From an uncultured Armatimonadetes bacterium (GTDB lineage Bacteria > Armatimonadota > UBA5829 > DTJY01): DNA of 64,000 nucleotides. Below the pieces are notes generated by a model, which ran no database searches, was not told the DNA's origin, and saw only the letters and a program-made list of their open reading frames with translations. The stretch lies in assembly GCA_963717145.1 (NCBI GenBank), contig OY970325.1, forward strand, positions 864,001-928,000, in the 5' to 3' direction. Shown here in pieces: positions 50,703 through 62,099 of the stretch (its first letter is position 1; every line of letters starts with the position of its first letter). The translations under genes were made by a program, and so were the position numbers.

Positions 50703-52715
50703 ATGGATGACAAACTGAAGCAGAAACTGGCTCACTTGCCCTGCAAGCCGGGAGCCTACATGATGAAGGACGCACAGGGAGAGGTGATATACGTCGGGAA
50801 GGCGCTCTCTCTCCGAAACCGCGTCCGCTCATACTTCCAGAAGGGTCAAACACACCTCCCCAGAACCGTCATCATGGTCGGCCACATCGCCGACATCGAC
50901 TGGATCGTCACCGACAGCGAAGTCGAAGCCCTGATGCTCGAGTGCAACCTCATCAAGAAGTACCGACCCTACTACAACGTCCGGCTCAGAGATGACAAGC
51001 ATTACCCCTACCTCTGTGTCACCATGTCCGAGCCGTTCCCCAGGGTCATCATCACTCGCAGGAGCAAGCAGGACGGAAACCGCTACTTCGGCCCGTATAC
51101 CGACTCACTGGCCCTCCGCGAGAGTCTCCGCCTGATCCGCCGAATCTTCCGCATCCGTAGCTGCAATAAGAAGCTCACCGGCCATGAGAAGGATCGTCCG
51201 TGCCTCAACCTCCACCTCGGCCAATGCGATTCCCCGTGCTCCGGCGCGATCGCCGCGGAGGAGTACGGAACGACGGTCTATGACACGTGCCTTTTCCTCG
51301 AAGGCAGGCTCGACTCGATTGCCAAGCGCATCGGGAAGGAGATGGACCGAGCGGCTGAGGCGCTTCAGTTCGAACTTGCGGCCAAGTTGCGCGACCAGTT
51401 GCTCTCGATCCGCAAGCTGACCGAGAAGCAGAAGATGATCAACACCGATCACATCGATCGGGACATCGTCTGCCTCCTGAACGAGAACGGCTCGGCGTTC
51501 GTCCAACTGCTCTTCATCCGCTCCGGGAGGGTGATCGGCCAGGAGCAGTTCCATCTCGATGGAGTGACCGATGCTTTGTTATCGTCACCGGAGTCCAACT
51601 CCGGTGACAACAAAGCCTCTGACCTACCGTTGTCACCGGAGTTGGACTCCGGTGACGATAACCAAACGCCGGAGTTGTACTCCAGCGAGAACGCCGAGGG
51701 CCAGATACTCACCGAGTTCATCAAGCAGTACTACCGCGACGCAGCGTATATCCCGAAGGAGATACTCGTCTCCCACAAGCCGCAGGAGTGGCCGGTCCTG
51801 GAGGATTGGCTGACCCTCAGGCGCGGCAACCGGGTCGAGATTCATCATCCGCAGCGAGGCGAGAAGAAGCGGCTGGTCGAGATGGCTCAGGAGAACGCGC
51901 AGATCCTCGCCGGCCAGCGCCAGGACAAGGAAGCACAGAACCAGGGCAACCTGACGGATCTTGCGCGTGAGATCGGCATGGAAACGCTGCCGAACCGGAT
52001 CGAGGCGTTCGACATCTCGAACCTACAGGGCACGGAGACCGTCGCATCGATGGTCGTCTTCGAGGCCGGAATCCCGGCGAAGAAGGAGTACCGGCGCTTC
52101 AAGATACGCACGGTCGAAGGGCCGGACGACTATGCCTCGATGAAGGAAGCCATCCACCGCCGGTTCGCCGCCGCATCCGACAACCCGAAGTTTGCCAAGC
52201 TCCCGGACCTGGTCGTAATCGACGGTGGCAAGGGTCAGCTCTCTGCGGCGCTGGAAGCCATCGAAGAACGCCCACAAGGGGCTAGGCTACAGGAGGATGC
52301 GACGCCATCCACCATCGCCCCCGAATCGCCCTGTAGCCTAGCCCCTTGTGGGCGTTCGTCCATCACGATCATCTCCCTCGCCAAGCAGTTCGAGGAGGTC
52401 TTCCTCCCGGGCCGAAGTGAGCCGATCCTGCTGCCGAGGAACTCCCCCGCCCTGAAGCTGCTCCAGCGGATCCGCGACGAGGCTCACAGGTTCGCGCTCT
52501 CGTACCATCATAAGCTGAGGGCCAAGACCGCCGTAAAGTCGGTGCTCGACAGTATCACCGGCATCGGCAACGAACGCCGGAAGGCGCTCATCAAGCGGTT
52601 CGGCTCACTCGCGGGAGTCCGCGCGGCATCCCTCGATGAGCTTCAGACCGTCCCCGGCGTGAACCGCAAGGTCGCGGAGGCGGTCTATGAGAGCTTGCAC
52701 GGCGATAGGTCGTGA
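50703..52715 (+). CDS. uvrC: Excinuclease ABC subunit C with two in-frame palindromic insertions
   Basis: GIY-YIG ([18 protein letters not shown]), 4-Cys cluster, [24 protein letters not shown], HhH. Confidence 0.96.
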   Translation: MDDKLKQKLAHLPCKPGAYMMKDAQGEVIYVGKALSLRNRVRSYFQKGQTHLPRTVIMVGHIADIDWIVTDSEVEALMLECNLIKKYRPYYNVRLRDDKHYPYLCVTMSEPFPRVIITRRSKQDGNRYFGPYTDSLALRESLRLIRRIFRIRSCNKKLTGHEKDRPCLNLHLGQCDSPCSGAIAAEEYGTTVYDTCLFLEGRLDSIAKRIGKEMDRAAEALQFELAAKLRDQLLSIRKLTEKQKMINTDHIDRDIVCLLNENGSAFVQLLFIRSGRVIGQEQFHLDGVTDALLSSPESNSGDNKASDLPLSPELDSGDDNQTPELYSSENAEGQILTEFIKQYYRDAAYIPKEILVSHKPQEWPVLEDWLTLRRGNRVEIHHPQRGEKKRLVEMAQENAQILAGQRQDKEAQNQGNLTDLAREIGMETLPNRIEAFDISNLQGTETVASMVVFEAGIPAKKEYRRFKIRTVEGPDDYASMKEAIHRRFAAASDNPKFAKLPDLVVIDGGKGQLSAALEAIEERPQGARLQEDATPSTIAPESPCSLAPCGRSSITIISLAKQFEEVFLPGRSEPILLPRNSPALKLLQRIRDEAHRFALSYHHKLRAKTAVKSVLDSITGIGNERRKALIKRFGSLAGVRAASLDELQTVPGVNRKVAEAVYESLHGDRS

Positions 52716-52774
52716 AACGTGAACAGCGCATGCACAATGTGGCGAGCGTGCCGGTGTACAATCACTGCGGGTGG

Positions 52775-53910
52775 TCAACTTCCCGAGAGCCGCCGCAGCT
52801 GAAAGAGGTAGAAGAAACCGTTCTCGCTCACTTTCGCACGCTCTGCTGCGAGATCAAGCGATGTCGCCACAGATATAAGGCCCAAACTCGCCAGGAGAGC
52901 GAGATGCTTAGGCAGATCAGCTGTAATAGTTGCCAGAAGCGGGACATAGGACTTCGGGCTAAGTATCCTCTCGAAGAGGCGCCTAAGAACACCAAGATTG
53001 GACGACCGAATCTTTGATTCCAGCTGGTTAAGAGCCCAGCGCGTTCTGCCTGTCAGCTCGTCACCGAAACGAACGAGATCAGTCGCTGCTAGATTACCTG
53101 TGAGTTCTTGGCTGAGCTTGTCCATTTCGTATTGGAAGCCAAGCAGTTCGTCCCTCGTGGCGGATCGTATGTCGAGTACTTCCTCAAAGCTGAGGCTGGA
53201 AACATCGGGTACGTTCAGCTTCAGGATATCAAGTATGGAGCTTGCAGACTCATGTTGGAGCACCTGTGAGTCACGGGGGACTTGGCTCTTAGCGTAAGCG
53301 TACCTCAGATAATCAGATAGCACCGAGCTGCTGGACACTGTAGACCGGCCTGATCCCATGGCATCGAGTAGGTCCCCTAGCAGGACCGCGTAGTACTCGA
53401 AGAGGAAGTTCGGATACAGCAGCTTGCCCTCGTGGAACGGGCCGAAATGCTGTTCGTGCAGGGCAGTGGCTTCGGCGTCTGAGATTTTGATCACACTGCC
53501 CGAGTCCTTAGTAAGACCCTCGACAACCACATCCGGGTTTCCAGCAATGAGATCAGCGGCAACCTGCACCGGGCTGTCTGGTCCTCGCTTGTTGTCGTCG
53601 GCTGCTAGAGTCACCAGTCCCGCATCGACGAGCATGTCAATGTGCGCGAGAAACTCGTCACTGATGATCGGCGTCGCGCCCACCACCGTACCTATTGGAC
53701 CATCAGCAGGCGATACATTGCGGGCCTCAACCGCCAGCTCGTGTTTGGACATCGCAGCACGTGCATTGGGGCCACGACGCACCAGATGCATGAAGCCGGG
53801 CCATATCAGGGGGCATCCTTTGGACGGTGGAATCCATTCCATGTTCACGAAGCTATGTTCGCGAAGCTCGACCCGGTCAAAATAGAGAAGCGCTAGTTTG
53901 AGCGCATCTA
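52775..53910 (-). pseudogene. Hypothetical protein (DUF6236-like pattern), 5'-truncated at the IS1182 end
   Basis: Frame open from the CTAG junction (LDALKLALLYFDRV...) with no native start; LSFEEVLDIRS..DELLGF motif; lower GC. Confidence 0.55.
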
Positions 53911-55503
53911 GCAGCCTGTCTGAGAATTCCCCGCTATGTGGGTGAGTTTCCCATCTGCGGGGTCGCGCTGGCTGCTGTTCGATAGTGTTTTTCGCCGGAT
54001 TTCCGGCGAGGGTCTGTAAAGACCCCTTGTACCTTGATAATCAGCCTGATCCAGGTCATATATCTACGTATCGAAGATCGATTTCCGGTCGCCGTATCGG
54101 TATAGCTTCAGCATGTTGTGCCCAAGACACGCAAGCGTCCACTCCGACTTCGCTTTCGCAAGGCCTCGGAGTAGGAAGCCTCGGAAGTTCCGTGCGCTCT
54201 TGATCTGGCCGAACACCGGCTCTACCGTCTCCTTCCGCCTCCCGTAGATCTTTCGGCCAAGAGGAGTCAAGAGCTTTGCTCTCTGGCGATCTGCGGCGGA
54301 TTGCTTTGCCGGATCAAGGCAGGAAGGCGCCGTCGGCTCTTTGCCATGACGTTGTCTGTCAGGCGGTATATAAGCGTCGATCCCTTGCTGCTCGACCATC
54401 TCTATGTTGTCGCTGCTGAAGTATCCGGCATCGGCGGATAGTTCTTCCGGTTTCTTTCCGGTGTTCTCCTTGATTGCCTCGATCATGTCACTAAGATGCG
54501 GTGAGTCCGCTGCCTGGTTCGTGAGATCACACGCCACTACAATCTGATGATCTGCGTCTACCGCAGCTTGTCCGTTGTATGCCTGCACGAAGGCTTTCTT
54601 TGCGTCCTTCATTATCCGGCTTTCCGGGTCTGTGAAGTTCCGCTGTGCCTTCCCTTCCGGCTCTGTCTTTACGGGCCCCGGCTCTCTGCCGCGAGGCTTC
54701 TTCCCGGATGCTTCCTGCTCCGCCTTCTCTTGGGCTCGCATCGCTTCTTCGGCTGATGCTCGCTCTTTGGCCTCGCGCTCCAGCGCTTCTTTTGCTTCCC
54801 TGATCTTGGCGAGCCGCTTCTCTCTGGTTGCGAGTTCCTCCGGGAGTTCGTCTCCTCGGCGGTCAAGACCATATTCCGCGTCTTCCTGGTCGTCCACAGA
54901 AAGACCCTTCGCAAGGAGCGCCTCGATCTCAGCCTGAAGCTCTTTTTCTTTCTCGACCATCCGAGAGTAGCTCATGGCGGAGTGCTTGCTTGCGTTGGCA
55001 AGCAGCTTTGTTCCGTCTATGGCTATGTGTTTCATCGACACAAGCCCGGCGCTTGCGCATAGCCTGAGCACTTGCACAAACAGGTCCGCAAGGGACTTGA
55101 GATGCCTCTTCCTGAACTCGCTTATCGTGCGGAAGTCGGGATGATTTCCTGCCGCAAGCACCCGGAAGGCTACATCTTCATACGTGGCCAGGGAGAGCTT
55201 TCGAGATGAATACACTCCCCGGCACAAACCGTAGAATATGATCTTTGTAAGCATTGCCGGATGGAACGGCGGCGCTCCTCGGGCCTCTTTCTCGTATGAG
55301 GCGTATATCGCGGAAAGGTCGAGACTGTCTACGACATCGCTCACAAAGTATGCGAGATGTCCCTCGGGCAGCCACTCCGACATCAAGGGCGGCAACAGCA
55401 ATATCTGGTCAGGTTGATAAGGAAGGTATGGCTTGCTCATACCCGTATTTTACTACATACCTGGCACCTTGCGCCAGAGGTTATTTCATGGACAGGCTGC
55501 TAG
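53908..55503 (-). mobile_element. IS1182-family element bounded by CTAG
   Basis: CTAGCAGCCTGTC at 53908 and GACAGGCTGCTAG ending at 55503 (inverted). Confidence 0.88.
54064..55440 (-). CDS. IS1182-family transposase
   Basis: GAPPFHP, SSRKL, PDFRTISEFR, AIDGTKL, TDPESRIM, ADAGY, VEPVFGQIK. Confidence 0.93.
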   Translation of the reverse strand: MSKPYLPYQPDQILLLPPLMSEWLPEGHLAYFVSDVVDSLDLSAIYASYEKEARGAPPFHPAMLTKIIFYGLCRGVYSSRKLSLATYEDVAFRVLAAGNHPDFRTISEFRKRHLKSLADLFVQVLRLCASAGLVSMKHIAIDGTKLLANASKHSAMSYSRMVEKEKELQAEIEALLAKGLSVDDQEDAEYGLDRRGDELPEELATREKRLAKIREAKEALEREAKERASAEEAMRAQEKAEQEASGKKPRGREPGPVKTEPEGKAQRNFTDPESRIMKDAKKAFVQAYNGQAAVDADHQIVVACDLTNQAADSPHLSDMIEAIKENTGKKPEELSADAGYFSSDNIEMVEQQGIDAYIPPDRQRHGKEPTAPSCLDPAKQSAADRQRAKLLTPLGRKIYGRRKETVEPVFGQIKSARNFRGFLLRGLAKAKSEWTLACLGHNMLKLYRYGDRKSIFDT

Positions 55504-57294
55504 GGGACCTTACGTCATCACACGAGTATACCAGCGAGGTGTTCACCTGGTTCGGAAAGCAATTCGGTACTAAGCGTAGGTATTGGTCAACTTCCATACC
55601 GGGTCTATCGCGACTCGGCAGATCTAACCGCTTGTGTGATGTCAGTGGGACGCTGCGTTACAAACGGTTCTTCCGCGACACTTATGTGTCTCCGCTTGGC
55701 AATATCTGGGCCGACACCGGGAGTGGCTCTCAGACGGAAGATCGGACGTACGTTGTGCAGACTCTGCCGAAGGCCATTGCTCGCTGCCTCCTAATGACGA
55801 CCGACCCTGGTGACCTCGTGCTTGACCCCACCTGCGGCTCTGGCACCACTGCCTACGTAGCGGAGCAGTGGGGCCGGCGCTGGATCACTGTTGACACCTC
55901 CCGCGTGGCGCTTGCACTTGCCCGTGCCCGCATCATGGGTGCCAGATACAGCTACTATCTGCTCGCCGACAGCCCCGAGGGGCAACTGAAGGAAGCTGAG
56001 ATCACCCGGACCGGGCCATCGAGCCAGCCAACCCGCGGTGATATCCGACACGGGTTTGTGTACGAGCGCGTGCCGCATATTACACTCAAGTCCATCGCCA
56101 ACAACACGGAGATCGATGTCATCTGGGACAAGTTCCAGCAGACACTTCGAACCGCTCCGCCAGGAACTCAACGAGGTCTTGGGCAAGACGTGGGAGGAAT
56201 GGGAGATCCCTCGTGACCCAGACGACAAGTGGCCTGATGCCGCGAAGAGACTCCACACGGAATGGTGGCAGCAGCGGATCGCCAGGCAGAAAGAGATCGA
56301 CGCATCCATTTCCGCCAAGGCTGAGTTCGAGTACTTGTACGACAAGCCTTACGAAGACAAGAAGATAGTTCGAGTCGCCGGGCCGTTCACCGTAGAGAGT
56401 CTCTCACCACACCACGTGCCGGGCGTTGATGAGGATGACGAACTGATCGACAATGTAGCTGAATCCAAGCTCGGCTATGGCAAGGTACAGGACTTCGCCG
56501 AGATGGTTCTGGATAACCTCAAGATTGCCGGTGTGCAGCAGGCGCACAAGGAGGACAAGATCACCTTCACCTCGCTCACTCCCTGGCCGGGCGATCTGGT
56601 CTGCGCCGAGGGCCGCTACATGGAGCGCCCCTCACCCCAGCTCTCTCCCGAAGGGGGCGAGGGAGTAGAAGTTGAGAGACGTGCCGCCATCTTCATCGGC
56701 CCGGAGTTCGGCACCGTCTCCCGCCCCGATCTGGTGGAGGCTGCCCGTGAGGCCGGTGATGCCGGCTTTGATGTGCTGATCGCCTGCGCCTTCAATTATG
56801 ATGCGCACTCATCGGACTTCGACAAGCTCGGGCGCATACCGGTGCTCAAGGCTCGCATGAACGCCGACCTGCACATGGCCGACGACCTCAAGAACACCGG
56901 CAAGGGGAACCTGTTCGTCATCTTCGGTGAGCCGGACATCGACATCCTCGACGTTGGGGATGGGCAGATCCGGGTCAAAGTCAACGGCGTGGATGTCTTC
57001 CACCCCACGACCGGCGAGGTCCGCAGCGACGGCGCTGAGGGTATCGCGTGCTGGTTCATCGACACCGACTACAACATGGAGAGCTTCTTCGTCCGCCATG
57101 CGTACTTCCTGGGTGCGAATGACCCATACAGCTCGCTCAAGACGACGCTGAAGGCCGAGATCAACGAAGACGCCTGGGCCACGCTCCACAGCGACACGTC
57201 CCGGCCCTTCGACAAGCCCGAGACCGGCCGCATCGCGGTCAAAGTCATCAACCACCTTGGCGACGAGGTGATGAAGGTGTTTCGGGTGGCTTGA
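55500..57294 (+). pseudogene. C-terminal half of a Mod-type (type III-like) N6/N4 DNA methyltransferase; 5' part missing, frameshift near 56147
   Basis: Target-recognition region, then YVVQT and motif I VLDPTCGSGTTA; tail GRIAVKVINHLGDEVMKV; no DPPY motif; begins exactly at the IS end. Confidence 0.85.
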
Positions 57295-57384
57295 TAGAAT
57301 GTCAGGACAGAATGCTTTGTCCTGATATCATAGGGTGCCCATTTCCGACGGGACTTGGGTTGTCAACAGAAACGCGAGGACAGA

Positions 57385-58485
57385 ATGAGCGTAGAGCAGA
57401 CGAATGGCGGCCACGAGGATGAGTGTATTGAAGGTCTCGGCGAGGAAGAAGATGCTTCGTGGGGCGATTACCCAATCGACACCGTGTTGATTCGGAACGA
57501 AAACCGCACGGTCCATGACATCCTACGGCGAATCGAAAAGGGCTCATTTGTAATGGACCCTGACTTCCAGAGAGACTTCATCTGGCCTGACGACAAGCAG
57601 AGCAAACTCATCGAGTCCGTGCTGATGCGGATTCCTCTCCCCGTCTTCTATCTCGCTGAAGACAACCAAGGACGCATGGTGGTGGTTGACGGATTGCAGC
57701 GACTGTCAACATTCCAGCGCTTCGTAGGCAATAAGTTGCATCTCAAGCTTCCGGATCAGGGTGAACTGGATAGAAAGCGATTTCAAGATCTCTCGCCGAA
57801 GCTTCAGAATCGCGTGGAGGACTGCAATCTGATCCTCTACATCATTGATGCGAAGGTGCCAGAGCGTGCACGCCTAGACATTTTCGAACGTGTGAACAGC
57901 GGTGTCCCCTTGACCCGACAACAGATGCGGAACTCACTATACATGGGGAACGCGACACTATTCCTCAAGAACGAGGCAAGAACCTGCCTTTTCCTGGATG
58001 CGACCGGAAGAAGCCTCAAGACCTCGACGATGAGGGACCGCGAGTTTGTCAACCGATTCTGCGCGTTCCAGCTTATCGCTGTCGGGGATTACCGTGGAGA
58101 TATGGACGAGTTCCTAGCGAATGCATTGAAGAAGATGAACGACCTTGGAGCAGATGATCTGAAGAAGCTATCGGCGCAGTTTCGGACTAGCCTTAGGAAC
58201 AACTTCAAGGTGTTCGGCAAGCACGCATTCCGGAAGCACGTCAGCAGCGAGGACAGCCGCTCGGTGCTTAACGCATCTCTCTGGGATGTCATGTCAACCG
58301 GGCTTTCCCAGTATGCCGACCACTTGGTTGAAGCCCGCGCAGGAGAGCTTAGGAACAAGTTTGTCTCTCTGATGGACGATGATGGTTTCGTGGCCTCGAT
58401 CACCTACAGTGTGAACGACATGAGGAGAGTCAGACACCGGTTTGCAGTAGCGAGGGCGATGTTCCGGGAGGTGCTAGGTGATTAG
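57385..58485 (+). CDS. nsnA: DUF262 (ParB-like) protein; Menshen NsnA-like
   Basis: PDFQRDFIW, SKLIES, VVDGLQRL, IFERVNSG; GAGGA RBS; overlaps the ATPase gene. Confidence 0.8.
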   Translation: MSVEQTNGGHEDECIEGLGEEEDASWGDYPIDTVLIRNENRTVHDILRRIEKGSFVMDPDFQRDFIWPDDKQSKLIESVLMRIPLPVFYLAEDNQGRMVVVDGLQRLSTFQRFVGNKLHLKLPDQGELDRKRFQDLSPKLQNRVEDCNLILYIIDAKVPERARLDIFERVNSGVPLTRQQMRNSLYMGNATLFLKNEARTCLFLDATGRSLKTSTMRDREFVNRFCAFQLIAVGDYRGDMDEFLANALKKMNDLGADDLKKLSAQFRTSLRNNFKVFGKHAFRKHVSSEDSRSVLNASLWDVMSTGLSQYADHLVEARAGELRNKFVSLMDDDGFVASITYSVNDMRRVRHRFAVARAMFREVLGD

Positions 58486-59454
58486 CCTACTAGAGCTTCA
58501 AGACTTCAAGTGCTTCGAACTACTGCGGCTGCCGCTCACGCCTATGACATTGCTGTCCGGCCCCAACGCATCAGGCAAGTCCTCCGTTCTGCAGGCGCTT
58601 GTGCTGCTGCACCAGACAATGCGCGAGCACGAGTGGTCCACTCGCCTGATGCTCAATGGTTCGTCGATCCAATTGGGCACCGTTGCTGACGTGGTCGACG
58701 AGGTGCATAGTCGTCGTACATTTGAGATCGGCCTTGTCGATGGCGATCTCACGTACCACTGGGCATTCTCGGGCGATCGCCTCAACATGTCCATGTCTGT
58801 GGATCGTGTCGACATCGGTGCTGCTACCAGGAATAAGCCGAGAACGCTACGTTACCTTCTGCCGCCAAGGGAGAACGGAAGATGCAGGTCGTTGGCCAAT
58901 CGCCTACGGGGCCTCACCTACCTTACCGCCGAGCGAATTGGTCCTCGTGACGTCTACCCGCTTGAGGACCGCCAGACCGCCGCTGTCGTAGGACCCACCG
59001 GTGAGCATGCCGTAAGCGTACTGCATTGGGGGCAAGATGACCGCGTGCTTGATGACCTTGCCATCAGTGAAGTGGCGAACAGGCTACCCCGCCAGGTTGA
59101 GGCAAGAATGTGCACTTTCTTTCCTGGCTGTCGCATCGATGTGAGTCGCATAGACAAGGCGAACGCACTGACACTGGGGTTGGGAACCTCAGAAAGCAGC
59201 AGCTCCCATCGGCCGATTCACTCCGGATTCGGGATCACGCAGATCTTGCCCATCGTAGTGGCCGCGCTCTCTGCGGCGGAAGGCGATATACTCCTGATCG
59301 AGAACCCGGAAGTCCATCTCCACCCCGCAGCGCAGGCGCTCATGGGCCAGTTCCTGGCAGATGTCGCCCGAGCAGGAGTCCAAGTTATCGCTGAAACCCA
59401 TAGCGACCATGTTCTCAATGGTGTTCGCCGGTCCGTCAAGGCGGGACGCCTCAC

Positions 59455-60931
59455 GTAAGAGTTCACGATCGTTGATAGTGAAGTTGTCAGGCTGGATCGG
59501 TCGCGAGTGTCTGAGGAACGCCCGCGAGCATTCGCCAACATGACTCCATCGCATCTTCACCACGCAAGTGCCAGGTTCCGAATAGACTCATCAGCGCCAT
59601 GCGGGTCTCAGATCCCTTGGCCGATCGTGTGCCGCCGCTGATCTTGCGAGCTGTTACCGCAGGCCGGATCGCTCGCTCGGCCGCATTGTTCTCGCTTGGT
59701 ACTTCCGGACATTCTACGAAGACAAACAGCTCCGGCAGGAATCTCTCGATCCGCTCAGCGAGTATCCTCTGCGGAACATCCCGCTTCACATATGGTCTGG
59801 CGAGTCGAAGCAACTCGTCCTCGAATGCGATTCGCCGCTTCTGCCGGGCCTTCGAATCATCGCCCGAAAATGCCTTCGCGCGCCTGTAAACGGCCTTGAC
59901 CTTGCCGGCCCAGACTGCTACCCCTCTCTTGTCAGGGTTCGCCTCGACGAGCGTTCGCAAGTCCCGCAGGTAGTGCACCCAACACCGCTGATGCCAACCG
60001 AGCAGCACGTTGTAGCCGCAGTAGAAGTCGCTTACGACTACACCCTCGTAGTCCTCTCCCAGCACGTCTTTTGCGACCTGGCCGCTCCGACTCTTGTTTC
60101 GGACGAAGTAGCGCACGCGTGGCGTCGTGAAGCTCCAGATGTATCCGTTCTTCCCATCTTCCCGCCAGCCGGTCTCATCCGCGTTCACCGTAGGGCTTCC
60201 TCTGACTGCTTGCAGAAGTTTCTCTACCTCCGGCTTGCCCATGGAGGCCACCTTCTGGAGTATCTTCGCGATCTCTCCGAGCCCGAGATGCAGACCGTAG
60301 AGTGATTCCAGAAGCTTCTGCACACGCTCGACCGGCATTCTACCGACCGTGTGGAGATAGCTCACCAGGCTCATCAGCCGGATGCCCACCCGGTGTGTCC
60401 CGACCACCTCTTCGGAGAGGTCGAGCTTCGGCACGTGTATCTTGTGGCAGACTCCGCAGTACCGTCCGATCACCAGGTGCTCGATGATCCTGACCGGCAT
60501 CACCGGTATCTCGATCACCTGCCGGCTGTGATGCACCGTGCCGCCCGAGAGCTTCCTTCCGCAGTCGGGACAGGTGTCGAGCGCGTGATCCACGATCTCA
60601 GTCGGAGTCTCCCTCAGCCGTGCAAACGACTTCTGCCGCTTCTTGCGATCCTTCTTCTTGCGCTCGGGCCGGTTTGCCTTCACAAAGGCAGGTATCGTCC
60701 TGCCGCCGCCACCGAGCTTGGACCGGAGTTCTTCATTCTCCTTCTCAAGCGCTCGGACGCGTTCGGTGAGGGTGTCCACGCCTTCACGCAATTCCAGGAC
60801 GGCCTGGTGCTGCTCCAGGACGATGCCGATCAGTTCTTCTCTTGATAGGTTGCCGAGATCGTTCACAACCTGCCATTCGACAGTCCGCTCCAAGGTTCCT
60901 GCTCAGACTATCAATGATCGTGAACTCTTAC
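59455..60931 (-). mobile_element. IS66-family element, copy 2 (intact)
   Basis: GTAAGAGTTCACGATC..GATCGTGAACTCTTAC; 8-bp TSD CGCCTCAC (59447-59454, 60932-60939). Confidence 0.95.
59487..60893 (-). CDS. IS66-family transposase
   Basis: Coiled coil, CPDC..CGVC, NADETGW, VSDFY, QRCWVH, NNAAERAIR. Confidence 0.93.
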   Translation of the reverse strand: MERTVEWQVVNDLGNLSREELIGIVLEQHQAVLELREGVDTLTERVRALEKENEELRSKLGGGGRTIPAFVKANRPERKKKDRKKRQKSFARLRETPTEIVDHALDTCPDCGRKLSGGTVHHSRQVIEIPVMPVRIIEHLVIGRYCGVCHKIHVPKLDLSEEVVGTHRVGIRLMSLVSYLHTVGRMPVERVQKLLESLYGLHLGLGEIAKILQKVASMGKPEVEKLLQAVRGSPTVNADETGWREDGKNGYIWSFTTPRVRYFVRNKSRSGQVAKDVLGEDYEGVVVSDFYCGYNVLLGWHQRCWVHYLRDLRTLVEANPDKRGVAVWAGKVKAVYRRAKAFSGDDSKARQKRRIAFEDELLRLARPYVKRDVPQRILAERIERFLPELFVFVECPEVPSENNAAERAIRPAVTARKISGGTRSAKGSETRMALMSLFGTWHLRGEDAMESCWRMLAGVPQTLATDPA

Positions 60932-61103
60932 CGCCTCACAGCGGAACAAGTCGCCCTCCACTTCTTCCGACCGCGCTCCGCCGATGCGCCGCAGGTCCTT
61001 AGTCCAGTCTTGGATAACTCAGGCAACATTGACAGCTGGCCGGAGGGATTCTTCGACCAATTCGACAAGGACATGAACTACTTCGCCGGATGGGGGGACT
61101 GAC

Positions 61104-62057
61104 GTGGAACTCCTTGTCAATGATCTCTCGATCCACGGCCAGTTTTATGACATTGCAGCTTTCAGAGCGGCTATCAGCCGAGTAATGACGATGCGCCAGA
61201 TAACTCGGCAGTACGGTCGTGAGTTGTATTGCCACAGAAACATGACCAATGCGAAGGTGACACAGGAGATGATCCTGCCGCAGGCGATACAAGCTCTCGG
61301 TCGGGATGAACGGCAAGCCGTCATGCAGTGGCTAACACAGCGCGGACCCTTCTGGGAAGATGCCAGAGAGCATGGTCCCGATGACTACATGGAGTGCGAT
61401 GGCAACCTCGTCACCGACACAGCGGTAGGGGAGGCCGCGTGGTGTTGCCTCCACGGGAACAATCGTCATCTTGTAAGTCTTATACCATCCAACTGGGAGT
61501 TCACACCACTACCTGTGATCTGGCGAGTTGATGATGACAATGAATACGACATCCAGGTTACCAATCACTGGGATGCAGATGAACTCAGAGCTGCGCTCCT
61601 CGCCGCTCCAGTGCCCATGAGTTCTTGGGAACAGCTGGCGACGATATCTCGCACTCGTTGCCCACATCTGGTCTTCTCTGATGATTGCTTCGAGCACCTC
61701 CGTGGACTTCCATTTGCCAGTGGCCCAGCACAGAGCCTCCTCATTCGTCTGGAGGTACTCGAAAGGCTCAGATGCTGTTACGATGAGAATGGCCAACGGA
61801 CGCTGGAAGGTCACCGACTCTATACGAGCCATTTCACCGGCGACAAGGCGTGGTTTACGGATTCATCGGATACAGAGAAGAACGACTTCCGGGGAGAACT
61901 CACCTTCCGCCATCCCGAGGAGCACGGCGAGACGATCTTCTGTCCGTGGCATGGCAAAGTGAAAACCCCTCAGCTCCGCATCCACTTTTCCTGGCCTGTA
62001 AGCGCGGACGAGCGGATGTATGTGGTATACGTTGGTCCGAAGATCACGAAGCGATAG
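61104..62057 (+). CDS. Hypothetical protein, third gene of the Menshen-like operon (NsnC-like; possible C-terminal RelE-like RNase)
   Basis: Starts 1 nt after the ATPase stop; C-terminal WHGKV..LRIHF..YVVYVGPK pattern. Confidence 0.65.
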   Translation: MELLVNDLSIHGQFYDIAAFRAAISRVMTMRQITRQYGRELYCHRNMTNAKVTQEMILPQAIQALGRDERQAVMQWLTQRGPFWEDAREHGPDDYMECDGNLVTDTAVGEAAWCCLHGNNRHLVSLIPSNWEFTPLPVIWRVDDDNEYDIQVTNHWDADELRAALLAAPVPMSSWEQLATISRTRCPHLVFSDDCFEHLRGLPFASGPAQSLLIRLEVLERLRCCYDENGQRTLEGHRLYTSHFTGDKAWFTDSSDTEKNDFRGELTFRHPEEHGETIFCPWHGKVKTPQLRIHFSWPVSADERMYVVYVGPKITKR

Positions 62058-62099
62058 CCATAGTAGGCCGATCAACGTTGACCGCCCCAAGGTGAAGTG

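Larger units (their letters stand above)
58478..61102 (+). pseudogene. nsnB: AAA_15/21 ABC-type ATPase with C-terminal DUF3696; Menshen NsnB-like; interrupted by IS66
   Basis: FKCF, GPNASGKS, GFGITQ, IENPEVHLHP, ETHSDH. Removing the IS and one TSD restores ..AGRLTAEQVALHFF..GNIDSWPEGFFDQ. Confidence 0.85.

Noticed and set aside
55254..55499. N-terminal part of track ORF 55254..56216 as the methyltransferase start
   Set aside because: These codons lie inside IS1182; genuine methyltransferase sequence begins only at the CTAG junction.
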